Below are positions 36,862 through 45,196 of a stretch of DNA of 64,000 bases, piece after piece. The stretch is taken from positions 384,055 to 448,054 of the forward strand of contig JACPKM010000001.1 of the NCBI GenBank assembly GCA_016187025.1. Direction: 5' to 3'. Every line of letters begins with the position of its first letter. Position 1 is the stretch's first letter. This stretch comes from Candidatus Daviesbacteria bacterium. GTDB taxonomy: Bacteria > Patescibacteriota > Microgenomatia > Daviesbacterales > UBA10151. The notes below the pieces were generated by a model that saw only the letters and a list, made by a program, of their open reading frames with translations, ran no database searches and had not been told where the DNA came from. The position numbers and the translations under genes were made by a program.

Positions 36862-37557
36862 CTAGTTAATTTCTACAACGGATACAGCCAAATTATCTCC
36901 CTGGTATAAAAACACAAACTTTACTAACTTTTGTTTATTGTTTGTAACATAAAGATTTTGTTTGGCATTAGCAAGCTCTGCTCCGGGGTTATAAAATATA
37001 GAAACACCATCTTTTTGATCAATTTGAGGAATCTGGGCAAAATCATGGTTTGTAGGAGCCAGTACCTCCAATCCAGCTTCTTCGGCAACCCATCTAATTA
37101 ATGAAGCAAAATGGCATACCCCATCTCCATAAAGGTACCCACTAAATTTATAGCCATCCTGGGCATTAAAATAAGTATTAGTAGTTTTTACCACTCTTTT
37201 TTCTTTGTATTCCGGCAATATATCTTTATGAAAGGCAAATGATTCACCAGGGTTTAGAATAAATTCATAATTTGAAGGCTTTCTAACCTGCTCCCAATTT
37301 ACATTTTTGGGGTCAGACACTATCCCTTCCAGATATGCTAGGTTTAAAAGGATGTTGTCTTTGAATACCTCATTTACAAAAGGTACTTCATGTCTTATTG
37401 CCAATGAAATCTCCTGCTCTGCAAGCAAGTGCTCATTTGCAGGAGTTGCTAATACTTGGTTAAAGCCTAAAATAGAAATTAATGCAGAAGTTTGGACTAC
37501 TTTGCTAATCATAATAAAACAGGCTAGATATGCCTGTAATAACTCATAGTATAACAT
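36862..37557 (-). CDS. VanW-family protein
   Basis: 'GDGVCHFASLIRWVAEEAGLEV' matches the VanW core (GGGVCQ.ST.LYNA.L.AGLEI). N-terminal hydrophobic anchor. Confidence 0.6.
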   Translation of the reverse strand: MLYYELLQAYLACFIMISKVVQTSALISILGFNQVLATPANEHLLAEQEISLAIRHEVPFVNEVFKDNILLNLAYLEGIVSDPKNVNWEQVRKPSNYEFILNPGESFAFHKDILPEYKEKRVVKTTNTYFNAQDGYKFSGYLYGDGVCHFASLIRWVAEEAGLEVLAPTNHDFAQIPQIDQKDGVSIFYNPGAELANAKQNLYVTNNKQKLVKFVFLYQGDNLAVSVVEIN

Positions 37558-37599
37558 ACTATAAGTCCTAAATCAACCCTATAGCCTCCTTATTAGTTT

Positions 37600-37629
37600 T
37601 TGATTTAATGGGTAGTTAATTGGTATAAT
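37600..37629 (+). promoter_or_regulatory. Putative promoter for tRNA-Glu (TTGATT, 18 bp spacer, extended -10 TGgTATAAT)
   Basis: TG-extended perfect TATAAT at 37624-37629, about 17 nt upstream of the tRNA 5' end. Confidence 0.45.
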
Positions 37630-37645
37630 GTGGCTCGTTTAGTAT

Positions 37646-37719
37646 GCCGCCATCGTCTAGTGGCTTAGGACATCGGATTCTCATTCCGAAAATCACGGGT
37701 TCAAATCCCGTTGGCGGTA
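37646..37719 (+). tRNA. tRNA-Glu (anticodon CUC), CCA not encoded
   Basis: Cloverleaf: acceptor GCCGCCA/TGGCGGT, D-arm GTCTAGTGGCTTAGGAC typical of tRNA-Glu, anticodon stem TCGGA/TCCGA with loop TTCTCAT, T-arm ACGGGTTCAAATCCCGT. Confidence 0.85.
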
Positions 37720-37779
37720 CTAAATTTTTAATAAGATTCATACAATATGGGTAGTCCTTAAGACAATCTGTTAAAACGA

Positions 37780-37808
37780 TTGACATTTGTCGTGTTTTCT
37801 CCTAGAAT
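37780..37808 (+). promoter_or_regulatory. Putative sigma70 promoter for greA (TTGACA, 17 bp spacer, TAGAAT)
   Basis: Consensus -35 with a good -10. The -10 abuts the TTG at 37809, which argues that the real greA start is the ATG at 37833. Confidence 0.4.
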
Positions 37809-37832
37809 TTGCAAAACAGCCCAGAGAAGAAA

Positions 37833-38384
37833 ATGAAAAAACCCTCTACAAAGCTAAGTAGGGATAAGAATGAATTAACTCCTAAAAAAGGTGAGGGTTC
37901 CTCCTCAGGCGCACGCAGGGCTTCAACAAAAGTTATCTATGTAACCCAAAAAGGGCTTTCTGATGCTCACAAAGAATTAGACGAGTTACGGAACAAAGAA
38001 CGTCCTAAAGTAGCTGAAAAAATTCAACAAGCCAGAGAATATGGTGATCTGTCGGAAAACTCAGAATATGAGGCAGCCCTATCAGAGCAATCCTTAATTG
38101 AAAGCCGTATCAGCGAGCTTGAAGAAGTTATCAAAAGCTCTAAAGTTATTGTAGAAAATCATTCTCTGGATTTTGTAGTCATCGGTTCTTCGGTAACATT
38201 GGAGATGGGAGATGAGGTGGATGAATTTACTATTGTAGGAAGACTCGAAGCTGATCCGGCTAAAAAGCGGATTTCCAACGAATCCCCTCTTGGGGCTGCT
38301 TTATTGGGAGCCAGGACTGGTGAGGTAGTAGAAGTTGCAACACCAATTGTGAGATATAAGTGTAAGGTATTGGAGATCAAATAG
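37833..38384 (+). CDS. greA: Transcription elongation factor GreA with a basic N-terminal extension
   Basis: GreA coiled-coil and FKBP-like core (…YGDLSENSEYEAA…). The track ORF begins at TTG 37809; ATG 37833 is preferred given the promoter position. About 35 aa K/R/S-rich leader precedes the conserved core. Confidence 0.85.
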   Translation: MKKPSTKLSRDKNELTPKKGEGSSSGARRASTKVIYVTQKGLSDAHKELDELRNKERPKVAEKIQQAREYGDLSENSEYEAALSEQSLIESRISELEEVIKSSKVIVENHSLDFVVIGSSVTLEMGDEVDEFTIVGRLEADPAKKRISNESPLGAALLGARTGEVVEVATPIVRYKCKVLEIK

Positions 38385-38385
38385 A

Positions 38386-39720
38386 ATGAATGAACCTATA
38401 ACTGAATTTACGTCTAAATTACCCAAACTATCAGATAATCAGAAAAAAGTCTTAAAGCTTTTAATAGAAGCAGCAAGATTAATAGTCCCCCTTTATAAAA
38501 AGCAAGAGAACCATAGATTTGAGGGAGCTAATTTTTATCCACATGATGCTACTCGTGAAGAGATCACTAAAGCCGCAGCAACTAATTTTGAGATTCTATC
38601 TCCTTATTCTGTAGTAGAAAGAAAAGGAAAAGAGCTCATTGCCATTCCGTACCATTTAAAGTATGCAGAATTTTTAGAACCAATTGCTGATAAACTATTA
38701 AAAGCTGCATCCATAACGGACAATAAAGATTTTGCAAAAAGATTAGAATTCCAAGCAAACGCCTTATTAAACGGTACATATGATGAGGCAACCATTTATT
38801 GGATGAAGATGAGACCGTATATTCTGGATATTAATATTGGACCAGTAGAACGATATAACGACAAGCTATTTTTTACTAAAACCTCTTACCAGGCATGGGT
38901 TGGTGTGATGGACGGGGAAAGAACAGCAAGAGTTTTAAACTTCAAAAATATTATCCATACAGCAAGAAGAAAAACCTTGATGCCTTCAGAGAAGGTAGAC
39001 TTCTACGAAAAAGTTCAGATCAGAGTTGATGATTTATTAATATTTTCTGGACTTATTTCAAGAACCATGTTTTTGGGAGTAAACCTACCTAATGATACTA
39101 ACTTAATGGAAAAATATGGATCGGAAATTACCGTATTTAAGCAATCAATAGATTATAGGGTGAAGACTGAGGTGCTACCAGCTTTTAGCAAAGTTTTTTC
39201 TTCTAGTTTTCAGAAGGAGTTTGACTATGAGGATATCAGGTGGGGAACACTGTACTTTACTATCTTACATGAGCTTGGACATACATACTTGCGTTATAGA
39301 AACTCAGAAAGGAATTTAGAAGATCTATTCCCTATCATTGATGAACTATCTGCCTATGTTTTAGGTATGAAACTGGCAGGCTTTTTGCTCCTGAAAGATG
39401 TTTTAACTCAAAAACAATTAGAGTCTATCATGGTAGCATTTACTTCAAGGTGTTTTGAGTTGGTTCTAAACGAGAGCAATAACAAGTCCAAAATTCACTA
39501 TACCATCGGCGGTGCGATCTTTGTTAACTTTTTGTTTGAAACCGAAGCTATCAGAGAAAAAGAAGGAATCTCATGGCCAAATTTTACTAAAATGTTTGTT
39601 TCTTTAGACCAACTGGCAACTATTTTAGAAAGAATACTTTCTCAGGGGAGGCGTGAGGATGCAGAGGCTTTCATTAAAAAATACGGAGATATGAAAGTGC
39701 TTCAAAGGTTTAATATTTGA
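38386..39720 (+). CDS. Putative zinc metallopeptidase, gluzincin-like (HExxH plus a downstream Glu in a 'DELSA' motif)
   Basis: 'ILHELGHTYL' at nt 39268-39282 and 'IDELSAYVLG' 21 residues later. No signal peptide. Family assignment tentative. Confidence 0.5.
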   Translation: MNEPITEFTSKLPKLSDNQKKVLKLLIEAARLIVPLYKKQENHRFEGANFYPHDATREEITKAAATNFEILSPYSVVERKGKELIAIPYHLKYAEFLEPIADKLLKAASITDNKDFAKRLEFQANALLNGTYDEATIYWMKMRPYILDINIGPVERYNDKLFFTKTSYQAWVGVMDGERTARVLNFKNIIHTARRKTLMPSEKVDFYEKVQIRVDDLLIFSGLISRTMFLGVNLPNDTNLMEKYGSEITVFKQSIDYRVKTEVLPAFSKVFSSSFQKEFDYEDIRWGTLYFTILHELGHTYLRYRNSERNLEDLFPIIDELSAYVLGMKLAGFLLLKDVLTQKQLESIMVAFTSRCFELVLNESNNKSKIHYTIGGAIFVNFLFETEAIREKEGISWPNFTKMFVSLDQLATILERILSQGRREDAEAFIKKYGDMKVLQRFNI

Positions 39721-39759
39721 CCTTGTTGCAAGCTTCCTGTAAAATAACACCCCATTAAC

Positions 39760-41133
39760 ATGGCGACACCAGCAGAAAGATTTAGAACAGGAAATTATGA
39801 ATTAGGAACTCGTTTAGTTGGAGTTTATAGGGCTCTTGATAGAATAAGAGTAGCTAAAGGAGAAGTAGGTCATATAGACTTTGATTTAGCCCCAGTAAGA
39901 TATGTCACACTACCTGATGGTGTTATAAAAACAGAGGAACAAGCTGAAGGGCTACTTGCACATTATGCCTTACAAGCTGATCCGAGAACACCGGATGGAG
40001 CTTTTATGCGGGCAAGCGTTAAAGCTACACTCGCATTTTTAAGGGTTGCAAGAGGAGAACCGGTTGGTTATGCAGAATATATCAGGGAGACGTTGGAAAC
40101 GCATCCTAATCAGCCTTTTCGCAGAAGAATTGAGGATAAATATAATCTTGTAGCTGATTTAGCGAGAGAATGTGGTTTTACATATGATCCAGATGGTTGG
40201 AGCAGATATTTGCAAGACGCTGCTGTTCGTCCGGATACAGTTAAACTCGAATTTCGGAAAGCGCGACAAAGAGTTATACCCGTTCTCCTTGAGGAATTAG
40301 GATTAGATTTTAACCCCCAATACCGCACAGAAGTAAAACCGGTCGATGAACCTTGGATGTTTTGGACGAAGGTTGATAGAAGAGCAGGAGTAGTACTAAC
40401 AGTTAACACCCACAGTAGGCATGAATCACAGCTTTATCAAGCTAAGTTTCCACCCCTTTTAGCTCACGAATTAGGTGCTCATGGATTCCAGGGACTACAA
40501 ATTAGAGAGGGTGTGGATAAGGGAGGACTGAATCCCTTCTATGCTATAAGTAAAGTGCCAGGGCCAGAACAATTTGGAAACGAAGGATTGGCGATTGTTA
40601 TGTGTAATCTGTTACCCGCAGTTTACGAAGCTTTAGGGCCGGAGGGGCGAATGGAAGCTGAGCGTTATAAACTGGCAACGTGGGCATATCAGGTTGTTGC
40701 CAATGAAGCTGCTCAAGCAGGAGAAGTTAAACCTGAGCATTGGCAGTTTATACAACATTTTGTGCCAAGCGAACAACAGGACAGGTTCGAGAGGCAGATG
40801 AGAGAAAGATTAGAAGATCCAGTTTATCGCTCTTACCATCCCGCCTACAGTTTAGGTAGCCTTTTACTAGATATTGCTGCGGAAGTTTTACCTATTCCTG
40901 CCAGAAAAGAATTGGTTCAAGCGCTACTTGAAACGTATTTAACTCCGACACAAATTCGTAGAAAAATTGAGGAATTAAAAAGTAAGTATATTCCACATGG
41001 TGATCAAGAGCAGGTGGTTCATGAGATATCTGAGTTAGACGAAGGCCAGCCAGGATTTGATTTAAGAAACTGGCTCGCAGGGCTTTTAAGAGGAAAGTTT
41101 AGTGTTTTTAGTAGATCCTCAATTGCACACTAG
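39760..41133 (+). CDS. Putative metallohydrolase with atypical HExxxH motif and QEGLA-like 'NEGLA' motif (DUF1704 / MATCAP-like?)
   Basis: 'LAHELGAHGF' at nt 40465-40482 and 'GNEGLAIVM' at 40579-40593. Higher-GC, R-rich composition. Resemblance to the QEGLA-motif family is from memory and unverified. Confidence 0.45.
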   Translation: MATPAERFRTGNYELGTRLVGVYRALDRIRVAKGEVGHIDFDLAPVRYVTLPDGVIKTEEQAEGLLAHYALQADPRTPDGAFMRASVKATLAFLRVARGEPVGYAEYIRETLETHPNQPFRRRIEDKYNLVADLARECGFTYDPDGWSRYLQDAAVRPDTVKLEFRKARQRVIPVLLEELGLDFNPQYRTEVKPVDEPWMFWTKVDRRAGVVLTVNTHSRHESQLYQAKFPPLLAHELGAHGFQGLQIREGVDKGGLNPFYAISKVPGPEQFGNEGLAIVMCNLLPAVYEALGPEGRMEAERYKLATWAYQVVANEAAQAGEVKPEHWQFIQHFVPSEQQDRFERQMRERLEDPVYRSYHPAYSLGSLLLDIAAEVLPIPARKELVQALLETYLTPTQIRRKIEELKSKYIPHGDQEQVVHEISELDEGQPGFDLRNWLAGLLRGKFSVFSRSSIAH

Positions 41134-41173
41134 CTCTCTTTTAAAATCAATTTGCTTCGGATATACTTTACCC

Positions 41174-42676
41174 ATGGCGCTAGACCAACTACAAAAAGAA
41201 AGAATCAAAAAACTCAATAATTTAAAGAGGTTGGGAATTAATCCCTATCCAGCAAAATCTAGTAAAAAACAATCTATTGCTCAAGTATTAAAATTAATGG
41301 GTAAAAAAGTGACTGTAGCTGGAAGATTGAGATCAATGCGTCCTCACGGCAAAATAGCTTTTGCAGATTTGGAAGATGCTTCCGGAAAAATACAGCTGCT
41401 TCTTAGGCAAAATAATGTTGGAGATGCTTATGAGCTGCTGCCTAATCTAGATATAGGCGATTTTATAGAAACCTTAGGCGAGGTTATCAAAACCCAAGCC
41501 GGGGAAACAACAATAGATGTAACAGATTTTAAGGTTTTAACAAAGTCACTCCGACCTCTTCCTTCTTCCTGGTATGGCCTAAAGGATGTTGAAGAAAGAT
41601 ATAGAAGAAGGTATGTGGATATGGTCATGAATCCTGAGGTAAAAAAGATTATGGAACTGCGCTCAAAAATCATTTTTTCATTAAGGGATTTTTTAATTAA
41701 TAAAAAGGGTTACTATGAGGTTGAAAATCCAGTTCTGCAACCACTTTACGGTGGAACAAGAGCAAGGCCATTTAAAACCCATCACAACAGTTTAGATATG
41801 TCTTTGTTTTTGCGGATTTCCAATGAGCTTTATTTAAAAAGATTGATAGTGGGAGGATTTGAAAAAGTTTTTGAAATTGGACATACCTTTAGAAATGAAG
41901 GAATGGATAGAAATCATAACCCAGAATTTACCATGCTTGAGACAATGGAGGCATATGCCGATTATATCGATAATATGGATCTGGTTGAGGAGATGTTTGA
42001 ATATGTTGTCAAAACTGTTTTTGGAAAGACAAAGCTAGCCTATCAAGGAAAAGAAATAGAGTTTAAAAGACCGTGGGTAAGGGTTAAACTTGCCGATCTT
42101 TTTAAAACACATACTGGGGTAAATTTTGATGAAATAGACACTTTGGAAAAAGCTACTACTTTGGCCAAAAAGCTTGGAGTAGAGATTAAAGATTTTATGA
42201 CAGATGGTGAAATCTTGCTGGAGATTTTTGAGAAAAAATGCACAGATCAGCTTGTTCAGCCAACGTTTGTTTACGATTATCCAGCAGATTTTTATCCGCT
42301 GGCCAAAAGAAAAGCAAATAATCAAAAATTTGTTGAAAGCTTTGATATTTATGTAGCCGGTATGGAAATGGGGACAAATTATTCAGAACAGAATGATCCC
42401 CAGGAGTTAAAAAAAGCTTGGGAAGATGAAAAGAAAAAGTTAAAAAAAGGAAATCCAGAAGCCCAAAAAACCGATGATGACTTTTTAACTGCACTTGAGT
42501 ATGGAATGCCGCCTACATCTGGAATAGGGCCTGGTCTTGATAGGTGGGTGATGGTGATGACTGATTCTCCCTCTATTGCAGATGTTATTCCATTCCCGAT
42601 GCTACGACCTGAGAAAAAGATTAAGCTTAAGGAGCAAGTTAAGGTGGGAGAGAAAACAAAAGCGGAGATTAAATGA
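41174..42676 (+). CDS. lysS: Lysine--tRNA ligase (class II)
   Basis: N-terminal OB anticodon-binding domain and class II motifs 1-3 (…FRNEGMDRNHNPEFTMLE…, …GIGPGLDRWVM…). ATG at 41174 (MALDQLQKER); the track ORF extends upstream to 41102. Confidence 0.95.
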   Translation: MALDQLQKERIKKLNNLKRLGINPYPAKSSKKQSIAQVLKLMGKKVTVAGRLRSMRPHGKIAFADLEDASGKIQLLLRQNNVGDAYELLPNLDIGDFIETLGEVIKTQAGETTIDVTDFKVLTKSLRPLPSSWYGLKDVEERYRRRYVDMVMNPEVKKIMELRSKIIFSLRDFLINKKGYYEVENPVLQPLYGGTRARPFKTHHNSLDMSLFLRISNELYLKRLIVGGFEKVFEIGHTFRNEGMDRNHNPEFTMLETMEAYADYIDNMDLVEEMFEYVVKTVFGKTKLAYQGKEIEFKRPWVRVKLADLFKTHTGVNFDEIDTLEKATTLAKKLGVEIKDFMTDGEILLEIFEKKCTDQLVQPTFVYDYPADFYPLAKRKANNQKFVESFDIYVAGMEMGTNYSEQNDPQELKKAWEDEKKKLKKGNPEAQKTDDDFLTALEYGMPPTSGIGPGLDRWVMVMTDSPSIADVIPFPMLRPEKKIKLKEQVKVGEKTKAEIK

Positions 42677-42804
42677 CGACAAGAGAACAGATCTTGGCTT
42701 GTGAAAGAGAGCTAAATATCCCGCTAACAAAGTTTGTAGAAATTTCCTTAGAAGCTATGCAAAAAGTATCCAGCCAGTTAGGATTGTAGTATATAATTAC
42801 TATT

Positions 42805-44082
42805 ATGTTGGACATTAACTTTATTCGAGAAAATACTGAGGCTGTTAAAAATGCCGTAAAAGAGAAAGGTTTAGACATTGATGTCAATGAGCTTTTAAAA
42901 GTTGATGGCAAGAGAAGAGATTTAATAATTAAAGTTGATGAGCTAAGACGCCAAAGGAATGAGATTGCTCAAAAAAGAGATATAGAAAAAGGTAGACAAA
43001 TAAAAGAAAAGCTGGATGTTTTAGAAAAAGAGCTGAAGGTTGTTGAAGATAGATTTCACCATCTAATGCTTTATGTTCCAAATATCCCTTCCCCTGATTC
43101 TCCGGTAGGACCTGATTCATCATCGAATAAAGAAATTTATAAATGGGGTAAGATTCCACAATTTGATTTTGAAGCAAAAGATCACATTGAACTTGGAAAA
43201 AGTTTAGATATTTTAGATTTGGAGCAGGGAGTTAAAGTATCAGGGTTCAGAGGATATTATTTCAAAAATGAGGGAGCAATACTTCACTGGGTTTTACTAC
43301 AATATGCTTTTGAGAAAATAATAGCAGCCGGATTTATTCCTCTTGTTCCCCCGTCTTTGGTTCATGAAAAAGTGTTGATAGGCAGTGGTCATTTTCCTTT
43401 TGGAAAGGAAAATATTTATCAAATAGCAAATCCTGGAAAGCTAGAAACTGGGGAGGATATTAAAAATCCAATGTATCTAAATGGTACCTCAGAGCCTTCC
43501 CTTCTTTCCTACTTTATGGATAAAGTCATTTCAGAAGAGGATTTGCCGGTTAAAATTTGTGCTCTAACGCATTGCTACAGATCAGAAATTGGCGATTATG
43601 GAAAAGACACTAGAGGACTTTTTAGAGTGCACGAGTTTGATAAAGTAGAGCAAGTTATAATTTGTAAAGATTCATTAGATGAGTCAGAGCAGCTTTTTGA
43701 GCAAATGCAGCAGATTTCTGAGTCAATACTGCAGGATTTGGAAATTCCATATCATGTGGTAGCGACCTCCACTGGTGATATGGGGGCTGGTAAATATAGA
43801 ATGAATGATATTGAAGCTTGGATGCCAGGCCGGGGCAAATATGGGGAAACGCATTCGAATTCAAATTTAACTGATTGGCAAGCAAGAAGATTAAATATTA
43901 AGTTTAAAACAAAAGAGGGAGCAGGAAAGTTTGCCTATACTTTAAACAACACTGTACTTGCATCTCCAAGAATTTTAATTCCTCTTTTAGAAAACCATCA
44001 ACAAAAAAATGGTTCTGTGAAAGTTCCAGAAGTTTTACAAAGATATACAAAATTTAGTGAAATTAGCCCCAAAAAAAGTTAA
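42805..44082 (+). CDS. serS: Serine--tRNA ligase
   Basis: N-terminal coiled-coil arm, class II core with 'TSTGDMGAGKYRMNDIEAWMPG' and 'SNLTDWQARRL' signatures. 425 aa. Confidence 0.95.
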   Translation: MLDINFIRENTEAVKNAVKEKGLDIDVNELLKVDGKRRDLIIKVDELRRQRNEIAQKRDIEKGRQIKEKLDVLEKELKVVEDRFHHLMLYVPNIPSPDSPVGPDSSSNKEIYKWGKIPQFDFEAKDHIELGKSLDILDLEQGVKVSGFRGYYFKNEGAILHWVLLQYAFEKIIAAGFIPLVPPSLVHEKVLIGSGHFPFGKENIYQIANPGKLETGEDIKNPMYLNGTSEPSLLSYFMDKVISEEDLPVKICALTHCYRSEIGDYGKDTRGLFRVHEFDKVEQVIICKDSLDESEQLFEQMQQISESILQDLEIPYHVVATSTGDMGAGKYRMNDIEAWMPGRGKYGETHSNSNLTDWQARRLNIKFKTKEGAGKFAYTLNNTVLASPRILIPLLENHQQKNGSVKVPEVLQRYTKFSEISPKKS

Positions 44083-44101
44083 CTGAAATAACCCTTCTTA
44101 C

Positions 44102-45094
44102 TTATTGTCCTTGTTGACGCTGCCTTAGAAGCTCAGCTGCTGATGTGGCTGCTGGAGCGGGAGATTGAGTTGAATCTTCCATCTGCCCAAAGTTAGCAGA
44201 GCCTGTTGCCATCTCCTCAGATTGTGGGGCAGGAGTAGAGGCTGGGGGAGGGGGTTTTATTTGTTGAGCTGTATTTTCTGTTGTAGCAGGAAGGCTGGTG
44301 GTTCCTTCTTTAGGTTGTCCAACCCCTAGAATAAAATATGCGGAAGCTGCAGAAACAGCCAGGAGTAACCCCGCGCCTAATCCTAGAATCCACTTGGGTA
44401 CTCCTTTGCTAGGATTTGGTGGTGTAGTTGTTGATGTTTCAGGAACTGTATTTGCGTTTTGAGTTGTCAAGGTTTCTGCTTGGGTGTTTGCAGGTAAGGA
44501 AGTGTTGGTAAAGTCGGTGGTATCTGTTATTAAATGAGACAAATCAGTTGGAGCCTGTTCAATACTGGCTTGAGGCGGTTGAGGATTGTATGTATTCTGT
44601 GTGCTAGGAATTCCTTCCCATGAAGGTGAAATAGTTGTGTCGGTAGTTGGAATTATTCCTTCTTGTGGTGCTGGATTTGTTATAGGATCAGCAGGTACTG
44701 GTTGGGCAGGAAGAGGTTCGGGTATATTAAAAGATGGTGGTAGGCTTTCAGTTGGTGTAACTGGTTGAGTAGGATAAGGATTTGACTGAGGGTTTAAAAA
44801 AGAATTTGGATCTGTTGGGGGGATTGCATCAGATGACAAAGGATTGCCTAAAGGTTGTGGAGCAGTTACAGATGGAGCCATTGGTGGGTTAGGAGCAGGT
44901 GTTAAATCTTGCGGAGAACTAGTGAAACTACTCGTTTGCTGATCAAACGGGGTAGCAGGAGGTGTAGGATTTTGAGGTAGATTTTGGTTTTGTGCAAAGC
45001 TTAATTCAGGATCCTGAGGTGGTTGATTGCCAGCAACAGGAGTTGGAGGGGTATTTAAATTATCAGTATTTGAGCTGTTTGAGTTGTTATCCAT
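44102..45094 (-). CDS. Low-complexity Pro/Thr/Gln/Asn-rich protein with a single TM helix
   Basis: 330 aa, extreme P/T/Q/N bias. One hydrophobic helix 'WILGLGAGLLLAVSAASAYFILGV' near the C-terminal third. No enzymatic motif. Confidence 0.45.
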   Translation of the reverse strand: MDNNSNSSNTDNLNTPPTPVAGNQPPQDPELSFAQNQNLPQNPTPPATPFDQQTSSFTSSPQDLTPAPNPPMAPSVTAPQPLGNPLSSDAIPPTDPNSFLNPQSNPYPTQPVTPTESLPPSFNIPEPLPAQPVPADPITNPAPQEGIIPTTDTTISPSWEGIPSTQNTYNPQPPQASIEQAPTDLSHLITDTTDFTNTSLPANTQAETLTTQNANTVPETSTTTPPNPSKGVPKWILGLGAGLLLAVSAASAYFILGVGQPKEGTTSLPATTENTAQQIKPPPPASTPAPQSEEMATGSANFGQMEDSTQSPAPAATSAAELLRQRQQGQ

Positions 45095-45196
45095 TGGACA
45101 GTTATTAAGTAATCTAAGTTTAAATTAAATCAGTTTAGGTTGTCAATTGTTATCAATGGCAGAAAACTCAGGGCTGCAGTATAATGAACAATTAAA

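Noticed and set aside
42677-42804. T-box leader upstream of serS or lysS
   Set aside because: Intergenic regions (128 nt and about 40 nt) are too short for a T-box riboswitch (about 200-300 nt). No specifier or antiterminator pattern seen.
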